From: Pseudodesulfovibrio piezophilus C1TLV30
Lineage (GTDB): Bacteria; Desulfobacterota; Desulfovibrionia; Desulfovibrionales; Desulfovibrionaceae
Direction of reading: 5' to 3'
Length of the DNA: 32,000 bases
Assembly: GCF_000341895.1 (NCBI RefSeq)
Contig: NC_020409.1
Span: 2,160,001 to 2,192,000 of the forward strand
Below, in pieces: positions 7,970 to 14,223 of the stretch. The notes below the pieces were generated by a model that was not told where the DNA came from, did not search any database, and worked only from the letters and a program-made list of their open reading frames with translations. The position numbers and the translations under genes are program-made. The first letter of the stretch is position 1. Each line of letters opens with the position of its first letter.

Positions 7970-8266
7970 ATGCTCAAAAACATGTTTCGCCACTTTTTTG
8001 TCAGCTTCGGCGCGCTCTTGTATCTCACTGCATGTCCGCTCTTTCTTTATCAGTACCTGGGCCTTATGAATGACTGGCCTGGTGTTTTTCTGAGCGTCAT
8101 TGACGATGCGTCCGGCGACTGGTGGCTGGATATAGACTGGTCTTCGCCCGTCATATGGTCATCACTCCTCCTTACCACCATCATGTCGATCGTGTATGCA
8201 ACCTGCAAGCGTCACGACCGGGGCGAATACCGGGAACCCGACGTCCAAAGCCAACCCGGATTCTGA
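7970..8266 (+). CDS. Hypothetical small membrane protein (98 aa, ~2 TM)
   Basis: AGGAGAAT SD overlaps the upstream TAG stop. Two hydrophobic segments are present (FFVSFGALLYLTACPLFLY and VIWSSLLLTTIMSIVYA). The third-position GC bias in 8162-8266 favours this frame over the overlapping 8122 frame. Confidence 0.65.
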   Translation: MLKNMFRHFFVSFGALLYLTACPLFLYQYLGLMNDWPGVFLSVIDDASGDWWLDIDWSSPVIWSSLLLTTIMSIVYATCKRHDRGEYREPDVQSQPGF

Positions 8267-8270
8267 CTCT

Positions 8271-8320
8271 CTCCCGGAACTCACAGCCCCCGAGTTCCGG
8301 GAGATCGCGTTTTCTTCCCC
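8271..8320 (+). terminator. Stem-loop with a T-rich tail (possible partial terminator/attenuator)
   Basis: Perfect 12-bp stem CTCCCGGAACTC-acagccccc-GAGTTCCGGGAG (8271-8303), 5 nt after the stop at 8266. It is followed by atcgcgTTTTCTTcccc. The T-run is displaced 6 nt from the stem, so it is not fully canonical. Confidence 0.4.
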
Positions 8321-8445
8321 ACCAAAACACCTTGAGGTTGGCACTCCGGTCGAGTTGCTGTATGGTCCCAGTTCTGTCAGAACCATGTTCCGGAGCCTCG
8401 CCCAACCTTGAATGGAATAACGCTCCGATTCTCTTGGAGAACACC

Positions 8446-9723
8446 ATGTGGAGCGCATTGGAAAACATCGCCCTTCGTGCAAGCCTGCCCACGCCGCTCA
8501 AGGCCGGGGATGCCGTCCATGACATCCGCATAGCCGGACAGTTGGACCAGAGCCGCGACGCTCTGCACTATCTCGGGCGAAGACGCTCCAGACCTTTTCT
8601 GCTCAAGCAGTTCTATAGCCTCAACACCAATGCCTTTCTGCGCTGGCAAAACGAGACCCGATTTATCGATATACCGCAAACCCCCGGTTACACATGGCCT
8701 GCCGAGGAGTGGCGCGGAGGCCTCATCTCACCGCTCCCCGAAGGGATTCCCCTCCTGAGCTGGTTGCAGGTTTCGCAGCCGTCAATGGAAACTCGAATCA
8801 GGACAGCGAGTGTGCTGGCCGGGAGAATCTCGACGCTTCATGCATCAGGCATTGCCCACAGGGGAATAACGCCATCATCAATACTGGTGGGTGACAATGA
8901 TGTCTTCCTTGCCGATTTCGGTCACGCTTGTCGAGACGGCTGGGATGACTTGTGGGGCGATTCTCCCATCCCTGTTCACGACCCCGGATATGCCTCTCCA
9001 CAAGCTCTTCAAGGTGCGGATAATGGCAGGGAAGAAGACATCTATTCCTTTGGAGCGACTCTCCGGCTGATGCTCACGAACCGCCCGCCCTTCAATATCC
9101 TCAAGCGAACAATACGCCCAGTCTTTCCGGCCTTCTTTTCTCCTGATTCCTTCCCCAGAATCACCGGCCTGCCGCCGGAGATACTAAATCTGACGACCGC
9201 TTGCCTCTCCTCTCTCCCCGCTGCCAGACCCACCATACAGGAAGCACAGTCCATACTCACTCGCGTGACAGGCACCTCCAGCCCCCCGGCCAATGCCATT
9301 CCTTCATCCCCCCTGCCCTCATCAGCAGCCGAACGGCAGAAGATCATGGCCTTTGTCAAGGACGACGACCACGCTGTTCCCCTTTTCGATTCCTGTCTGG
9401 CTCTGGCAAACCGGACTCCAGCCATTTTTCTCTTTGTCGGCCTGATACCCAACAGCCTTCCCAGCGGCCACCACGAACGCTTCAAAGGCTCCCTGTTCAG
9501 AAAACTGGCCCAAGGCCTCATGCGCTGCCGCACAGCCAGCATCCCCTGGAGCCTCAGGATCTTTGAAAATGTCGTTCCCGAACAGGCAGCCCTTGATCTG
9601 ATCCGCCTCTACAAGCCCGATCAAATCCATCTCACCAAACCCCTCAAGGGCGAAGGGAACATCTGGAACGCATTTCACAGGAGGCTGGCATCTGAAAACA
9701 TCCCCATGGAGTTCATCACCTAA
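8446..9723 (+). CDS. Ser/Thr-protein-kinase-like protein with a degenerate catalytic loop (probable pseudokinase) and a C-terminal USP-like domain
   Basis: 425 aa from the ATG with a GGAGAAC SD; the track start at 8122 overlaps the previous gene. Kinase-fold landmarks are FLLKQF (beta3 Lys), the catalytic loop AHRGITPSSILV (HRD Asp replaced by Gly, codons 8857-8865), DFG retained (LADFGHA, 8914-8922), the APE-like YASPQAL, and DIYSFGATLRLMLTNRPPF. The C-terminal ~125 aa (KIMAFVKDDDHAVPLFDSCLALA...) looks alpha/beta and USP-like, which is an inference. Confidence 0.8.
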   Translation: MWSALENIALRASLPTPLKAGDAVHDIRIAGQLDQSRDALHYLGRRRSRPFLLKQFYSLNTNAFLRWQNETRFIDIPQTPGYTWPAEEWRGGLISPLPEGIPLLSWLQVSQPSMETRIRTASVLAGRISTLHASGIAHRGITPSSILVGDNDVFLADFGHACRDGWDDLWGDSPIPVHDPGYASPQALQGADNGREEDIYSFGATLRLMLTNRPPFNILKRTIRPVFPAFFSPDSFPRITGLPPEILNLTTACLSSLPAARPTIQEAQSILTRVTGTSSPPANAIPSSPLPSSAAERQKIMAFVKDDDHAVPLFDSCLALANRTPAIFLFVGLIPNSLPSGHHERFKGSLFRKLAQGLMRCRTASIPWSLRIFENVVPEQAALDLIRLYKPDQIHLTKPLKGEGNIWNAFHRRLASENIPMEFIT

Positions 9724-9920
9724 CGTCCTTCCATCCGACGCTCCCTCACAATGCCCTGTGCTCTCAATTTATTTTCAGTCAACACAAAATAAAAAATGGC
9801 AGAATTTATCACTCTGAACACCCGTTGAGACAGGGACAGGAAACGTTCTCTTGCACGCTCAAACAGCATGATGGCGTCTATTAGAAAAGTGGGACGGATA
9901 TGTAGAGACAAGAAACAGCC

Positions 9921-9960
9921 CCAAAAAGAAAAAGCCCTTGCGTCATATTGACGTAAGGGC
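9921..9960 (-). terminator. Rho-independent terminator of tRNA-Phe
   Basis: On the minus strand, 11 nt after the tRNA CCA end: GCCCTTACGTCA-ata-TGACGCAAGGGC (12-bp stem with one G:U), followed by TTTTTCTTTTTGGGG. Confidence 0.75.
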
Positions 9961-9971
9961 CTGATCTTCAA

Positions 9972-10047
9972 TGGTGCTCAGGGACAGAATTGAACTGCCG
10001 ACACGGGGATTTTCAGTCCCCTGCTCTACCGACTGAGCTACCTGAGC
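9972..10047 (-). tRNA. tRNA-Phe (anticodon GAA), CCA encoded
   Basis: The reverse complement reads GCTCAGGTAGCTCAGTCGGTAGAGCAGGGGACTGAAAATCCCCGTGTCGGCAGTTCAATTCTGTCCCTGAGCACCA. It folds with a 7-bp acceptor (GCTCAGG/CCTGAGC), D arm GCTC/GAGC, anticodon stem GGGGA/TCCCC with loop CTGAAAA, and T arm GGCAG/CTGTC. It is near-identical in layout to E. coli tRNA-Phe. Confidence 0.97.
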
Positions 10048-10062
10048 GCCGGTGAGGAGGTG

Positions 10063-10091
10063 TATTTAGCTAAACCAGAGAAGCTTGGCAA
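10063..10091 (-). promoter_or_regulatory. Candidate sigma70-type promoter for tRNA-Phe (TTGCCA-17 nt-TAAATA)
   Basis: On the minus strand: cTTGCCAagcttctctggtttagcTAAATAcacctcctcaccggc, followed by the tRNA 5' end. The spacing is 17 nt and the -10 element ends 15 nt before the mature 5' end. Confidence 0.45.
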
Positions 10092-10118
10092 GTCCTTTTT
10101 TACATTCTCTTTGTTTTT

Positions 10119-11873
10119 TTATGATTTCTCTTCCATCGGAGCACCCATTTCCATGATCCGATGGGCATATCCGATGCGGAGCGCTTCCAGATAGTTTTCG
10201 TCTATCGGCCCTTTCCAGGTGGTCACTTCCTTGTACCGTTTGGGAATCTTGACCCCAGCCGGATTGTACCCCATGGCAAGGCGTAGTCGCCACCGAAGCC
10301 GTTGAACCCGATCGCCGATCTCGGCCATATCGCCATTCAAGCTTCCATATCCCACCGCATCCATGGCCTCGGCAAGCAGGGCATCATTGTAGACGCCGCG
10401 AGAAAAGAGACACCCGACCATACAATTGAGCACAATACGATCACGGGCATCATTGACAAGGAAGTCGAGAGCCTTGGTGACGTCTTTATCTTCGTGTTTC
10501 TGGTCATAGGAATACCCTCCGGCATCCAGATGCGCATGACGGAAGCCAAGAGCTTCGGACACGAAAAAGACCTCGCCCGTGGCGTATCCTGCCATTTCCT
10601 GACCAAGGACACAGGCAAAATCCTCACCGCCATAATGGTGTGCACATTTGAGTGTTCCCTGAGACAGGAGCTTATAGAAATCATTGGGCGGACGGCTGAT
10701 ATATTCCACGGCCTGCATGTAGGCATCCACATCTCCCCAGGCCAGCTTCACCAGCGTTTCTTCCTCGCTGATCACGCCCTTCTCCAGCGCTTCCGTGGCC
10801 CAGGCAAGAGCCACGCCCGAAGACATGTTATCCAGCCCTTCTTTTTCAATAACATCGAGAATGCGAAGCACCTGAGGGGCATCCGTCACTTCCAGCATAC
10901 CGCCGCAGGAAAATATAGGCTCATAATCATATCCCACCTGACGATAGAGATACTGGTTATTCGCCTGAAACTGCTCGCGCACAAAGCCGACATGGATACA
11001 CCCCACAGGGCATCCGGCACAGGCCGCATTGCGCAGGAGCGTGTCATCGGCAAAACGCTCACCGGAAATCTTCTCGGCATCTGGACTGCTCGTCTGTTGC
11101 AGATTCTTCCATGGCAGGCTCTTCAGTCCATTGAGAGGATTGATGTTCACCGCTGTACCCAAGCCGTGATATTTGGCCATCATTTCCGTCGTGGTCAGCT
11201 GCTGGAAAATATGTTTGTAGAGCTTGGGATAGTCCTTGTTTTCCGGCAGAGCGAATCCCCGGTCCCCCAGGACGCAGATCGCCTTGAGATTCTTGACTCC
11301 CATGGCGGTTCCGCCCCCCATCCGCCCAAAATGGCGAAAGGTATCGACATTGATACAGGCATAGGCCGACAGATTCTCACCGGCCGGGCCGATACGCATG
11401 ATCGAACGACGCCCCGAGCCGGGGAATATCTTTCGCAGGACTCGCCCGGTGTGCAGGGCATCAAAACCGCGCATATACTCCACGTCACGAGTCTCCACCC
11501 GACGAGAGCCGACGCACAGGGCCGTCAGTCGTTTGGCCTTGCCGACCACCACCAGAGCGTCCAGATCGGCAAACCGAAGGGACAGGGCGGATTTCCCGCC
11601 AGCGTAACTCTCGGTATATTCATTATGGTAGGGTGAACGGAACGCACAGCAGGTCTTGCTCATGAGTGGATAATACCCTGTCAGCGGCCCGATGGTGAAA
11701 ATCACCGGCTGCGACGGGTGGTCCCAATTCTCATCAATGGAACCGAACTCCTCGAACAAGCGTGCCGCGAGACCGGTGCCGCCGAGGTATTCGCCACGGC
11801 CCGGACGTTCAATGATGTTTGTTTTGCCTGTTGTCAGGTTGACCATCATGATGCGGAAAGTGTCTCTAATCAT
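10119..11873 (-). CDS. aor: Aldehyde:ferredoxin oxidoreductase (AOR family, tungsto/molybdopterin + [4Fe-4S])
   Basis: 584 aa from MIRDTFRIMMVNLTTGKTNIIERPGRGEYLGGTGLAARLFEEF, a typical AOR N-terminus. It carries the cluster motif CAGCPVGC and overall AOR-like length. A GGGAGA SD is present. The track ORF was trimmed because its extension overlaps the ferredoxin gene; there is an 8-nt overlap with the upstream gene. Confidence 0.93.
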   Translation of the reverse strand: MIRDTFRIMMVNLTTGKTNIIERPGRGEYLGGTGLAARLFEEFGSIDENWDHPSQPVIFTIGPLTGYYPLMSKTCCAFRSPYHNEYTESYAGGKSALSLRFADLDALVVVGKAKRLTALCVGSRRVETRDVEYMRGFDALHTGRVLRKIFPGSGRRSIMRIGPAGENLSAYACINVDTFRHFGRMGGGTAMGVKNLKAICVLGDRGFALPENKDYPKLYKHIFQQLTTTEMMAKYHGLGTAVNINPLNGLKSLPWKNLQQTSSPDAEKISGERFADDTLLRNAACAGCPVGCIHVGFVREQFQANNQYLYRQVGYDYEPIFSCGGMLEVTDAPQVLRILDVIEKEGLDNMSSGVALAWATEALEKGVISEEETLVKLAWGDVDAYMQAVEYISRPPNDFYKLLSQGTLKCAHHYGGEDFACVLGQEMAGYATGEVFFVSEALGFRHAHLDAGGYSYDQKHEDKDVTKALDFLVNDARDRIVLNCMVGCLFSRGVYNDALLAEAMDAVGYGSLNGDMAEIGDRVQRLRWRLRLAMGYNPAGVKIPKRYKEVTTWKGPIDENYLEALRIGYAHRIMEMGAPMEEKS

Positions 11874-12300
11874 CCGAATCTCCCTTTCCACCGCTTTTAT
11901 CGGGCAGATCAACCATGACCAGGCAATCGTGCGGACAGAATTCCACACAACGGCCACAATGGATGCAGACATAGGGGTTGACCTCATGATCGAGGAAGAT
12001 GGCGTCCACGGGGCACGCCTTGGCACACTCGCCACATCGGATACAGAGCTTCTTTTTTTGCAGCACTCCGCCGTCCCTGCGCTGACTCAACGCGCCTGTG
12101 GGGCACGCCTTGGCACAGGGGGCAGGGTCACAGGCCAGGCAGAGTCGAGCCTCAAATCCGGTGGACAGGCCGCCTGCCGATGATATGCGGATGCCCGCCT
12201 TGTTCCAGGAGAGGAATTTATGAACCTGTCTCGAACAGGCCAATGAGCAGGAATGGCAGCCTATGCAGCGTTCCATTCGTGCCGCCCTGAGAGCTTTCAT
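11866..12300 (-). CDS. 4Fe-4S ferredoxin-domain protein (four Cys clusters), AOR electron-transfer partner
   Basis: 144 aa with the motifs CIGCHSCSLAC, CLACDPAPCAKACP, CIRCGECAKACP and CIHCGRCVEFCP. It overlaps the AOR start. Confidence 0.9.
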   Translation of the reverse strand: MKALRAARMERCIGCHSCSLACSRQVHKFLSWNKAGIRISSAGGLSTGFEARLCLACDPAPCAKACPTGALSQRRDGGVLQKKKLCIRCGECAKACPVDAIFLDHEVNPYVCIHCGRCVEFCPHDCLVMVDLPDKSGGKGDSDD

Positions 12301-12326
12301 GTCGCCTCCGGCAGTATGGGGTTATA

Positions 12327-13967
12327 TTAGTCCCGGTCTCTTTCCAATATGTCATGTTTGAGAGACCAGAGCACATGATAGTGTGCGGAATTTTTATCAA
12401 GAGTTGGTTCCACTTCCATAAATTTGCGTATCAATGAGCCAGTGTCAACGGGTTTACGGGCAAGAAAAACCAGTTTTTTAGTCAATTCGGGATCGATGAT
12501 CATGGACATCCCCGAATACAGGGTGGGAAAATCCTTGCCCCGGTAAAACGCTTCTCCCGTCCGGCCCGCCCGCACCACCATGTCCGGGGAAAGGGAACGG
12601 CTGGTATAATGCCCGAAAATCCGTCCGTAGGGGAGAGCCTGGGGATGAGGAATATCGCGAAACGGCTCTTCTTCCACCGGCCTTTTCCACAGTTCTTCCC
12701 ACAAGGCAGCATACTGCCGCACCACAACCGGCCAGGAAAAATGCTTCTCTATTCGCTGACGGGCGGCGTCCCCCATGCTCCGGCGCAGACTCGCGGATTC
12801 GATGAGCATCCTGAGGGCATGCGCCAGTGCCGGGATTTCGACCACAGTACGCTGGGCCAATAGCAGATGATACTGGTTGTCAAAGGTCACAGGTGCAAGC
12901 ACATCCACATCCGGTGTGGCATCCGGCCCGATGGTTTCCACCAGGAGACCGGTTTCCCCATCAATGATGATATCACGGTAGCCATCATAATCCGAGGCAA
13001 CCACGGGCAAACCGAATGCCCCGGCTTCCACCAGAGTGATGCCGAAAGTCTCCTGCGGATTATCGGCCACGGAAACAAAAATATCCGCACTGCGAAACAG
13101 TTCGACCTTCTCGGCCTCTGTGGGACGAAGCCGAAGTGACATACACACTCCCGCATTTGCCACATAGTCTTTGAGGGTGGGGATAAAATCATCTTCATCC
13201 GCAGCCCAGCCCGCCAGCACTAATTCCACGGAAGCCGGGTCAAGCCCATTGGCAAAGAGACGGTGCAGGGCGCGCACCAGAGGAAGAAGGTCCATCTTGG
13301 AGTGATGCGATATCCGGCCAAACACCAGAAGACGAATCGTCCCGCCGTCTTCCGCGTGCTCTTTCGACGGCTCTCCGGGCGTCAAGACATCACTCTCCAC
13401 CCCCAGAGGAATATGCGCCAGACCCGGAGCGGGAAAATGGGACACATCCAGGGAATAGGACTCCCGTAACCATTCAAAAAAATTCTCGACCGCAACCTGA
13501 CCGGGCCGGGAGGAGCAGACAATAGCGTCCCGAGCCGTATTGCCCGGCCAGAGATGCCGCAGGAACGCACCGCCGAAATCCGCATAACTCAGGGAGTGAA
13601 TCGTCCCTGTCACCGGGAAAAAGGCACGACTGTACTTATTCCGCATTCGCGCCATGTGGGGTTGACTGGTGATGCAATCCGAAAGATGAAAGCAATGATA
13701 AGGGGTCCGGGCGATGCAGCCCGGCAATTCGCGTCGGTCAAAAAGAGCAATCCGGCCATCTTCAAGCAACTCGGGCACCACCTTTTGCAGATGCTCCCGA
13801 AGGGCATTGCCCTGCCTCCTGTCGGCCAGGAAAAAATGGTACTCATCAAACAGGTCGAGCTTGAGCAACGCGCCGAGGAATTTGACGTTGGCCACCTTGC
13901 GCCCCAGTACAGGCCCAGGTTCGAAGAAGGGATCGAGAGTCCCCCAAATGCGTTTTGAGTGTGACAT
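12327..13967 (-). CDS. Glycosyltransferase family 4 (GT-B, 'group 1') with a ~200-aa N-terminal extension
   Basis: 546 aa. The C-terminal half carries the GT4 signature region FGITLVEAGAFGLPVVASDYDGYRDIIIDGETGLLV (E-x7-E). Confidence 0.9.
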   Translation of the reverse strand: MSHSKRIWGTLDPFFEPGPVLGRKVANVKFLGALLKLDLFDEYHFFLADRRQGNALREHLQKVVPELLEDGRIALFDRRELPGCIARTPYHCFHLSDCITSQPHMARMRNKYSRAFFPVTGTIHSLSYADFGGAFLRHLWPGNTARDAIVCSSRPGQVAVENFFEWLRESYSLDVSHFPAPGLAHIPLGVESDVLTPGEPSKEHAEDGGTIRLLVFGRISHHSKMDLLPLVRALHRLFANGLDPASVELVLAGWAADEDDFIPTLKDYVANAGVCMSLRLRPTEAEKVELFRSADIFVSVADNPQETFGITLVEAGAFGLPVVASDYDGYRDIIIDGETGLLVETIGPDATPDVDVLAPVTFDNQYHLLLAQRTVVEIPALAHALRMLIESASLRRSMGDAARQRIEKHFSWPVVVRQYAALWEELWKRPVEEEPFRDIPHPQALPYGRIFGHYTSRSLSPDMVVRAGRTGEAFYRGKDFPTLYSGMSMIIDPELTKKLVFLARKPVDTGSLIRKFMEVEPTLDKNSAHYHVLWSLKHDILERDRD

Positions 13968-14223
13968 GAGTCTAGCTCAAAACCGTATTGCCCCATTTGT
14001 CAATGAATTTGGCATTAGGCAATGGGCAGATATTTCCCGGCTCAATTTCCCGCATGAAAAAATCTCTTGTACAAATACTCAATAAAACAAGGTCCCTGAT
14101 TTCCCACTCTCACGAATCCCCCATTATTTTATCTCACCAGAGGAGTCTTGGCCCTTATCTTGCTGTTCTCCCGATGCAGGCGGGTTATGCGTCAGCATTT
14201 TGACTCTTCAAGGAGCAGGAAAT

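Noticed and set aside
7958-7972. The 202-aa and 98-aa ORFs are in the same frame, separated only by TAG plus three codons. Stop-codon readthrough or pyrrolysine was considered. The same is true of the transporter and the 55-aa ORF across a TAA.
   Set aside because: A shared frame has a 1-in-3 chance. The downstream ORF has its own well-placed SD (AGGAGAAT) and ATG. There is no Pyl machinery or recoding signal visible in the window.
8339-8358. TGGCAC ... TTGC upstream of the pseudokinase gene, which looks like a second sigma54 promoter.
   Set aside because: The spacer between TGGCAC and TTGC is 10 nt instead of the obligatory 5, so the -24 GG and -12 GC cannot be phased correctly.
8122-8445. 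The track's longer start (8122, 533 aa) and an intermediate ATG (8362) for the kinase-like gene.
   Set aside because: The 8122 frame overlaps the 7970-8266 ORF, whose frame shows the stronger third-position GC bias. The extension is Arg/Pro/Ser-rich. Only the ATG at 8446 has a proper SD (GGAGAAC, 5-nt spacing).
9831-9839. A 9-nt match (CAGGGACAG) to the T-arm region of tRNA-Phe (9979-9987), considered as a possible att-site scar of an excised island.
   Set aside because: It is too short to distinguish from chance, given all possible 9-mers of the tRNA on both strands. It does not cover the tRNA 3' end, and there is no integrase or island-like gene content nearby.
9720-9971. 83-aa minus-strand ORF between the pseudokinase gene and tRNA-Phe.
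   Set aside because: It spans the tRNA terminator hairpin and abuts the tRNA 3' end. The region is A/T-rich and non-coding-looking, with no SD and no recognisable protein features.
10302-11636. Long antisense ORFs in the track: 10302-11636 (+), 14185-15099 (-), 27534-28574 (-), 24985-25692 (-), 26137-26682 (-), 29208-30320 (-), among others.
   Set aside because: Each lies wholly opposite a gene with strong family motifs (AOR, GGDEF, methyltransferase, GME, and so on). Their translations are low-complexity and Arg/Gly/Pro-rich, as is typical of shadow frames in GC3-biased DNA. None has an SD or recognisable motifs.
13989-14031. An imperfect inverted repeat (ATTGCCCCATT ... AATGGGCA) and a TGGCAT element in the GT4/GGDEF divergent spacer.
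   Set aside because: The arms are mismatched by an indel. The TGGCAT is not followed by a correctly spaced TTGC, so there is no supportable promoter or operator call.
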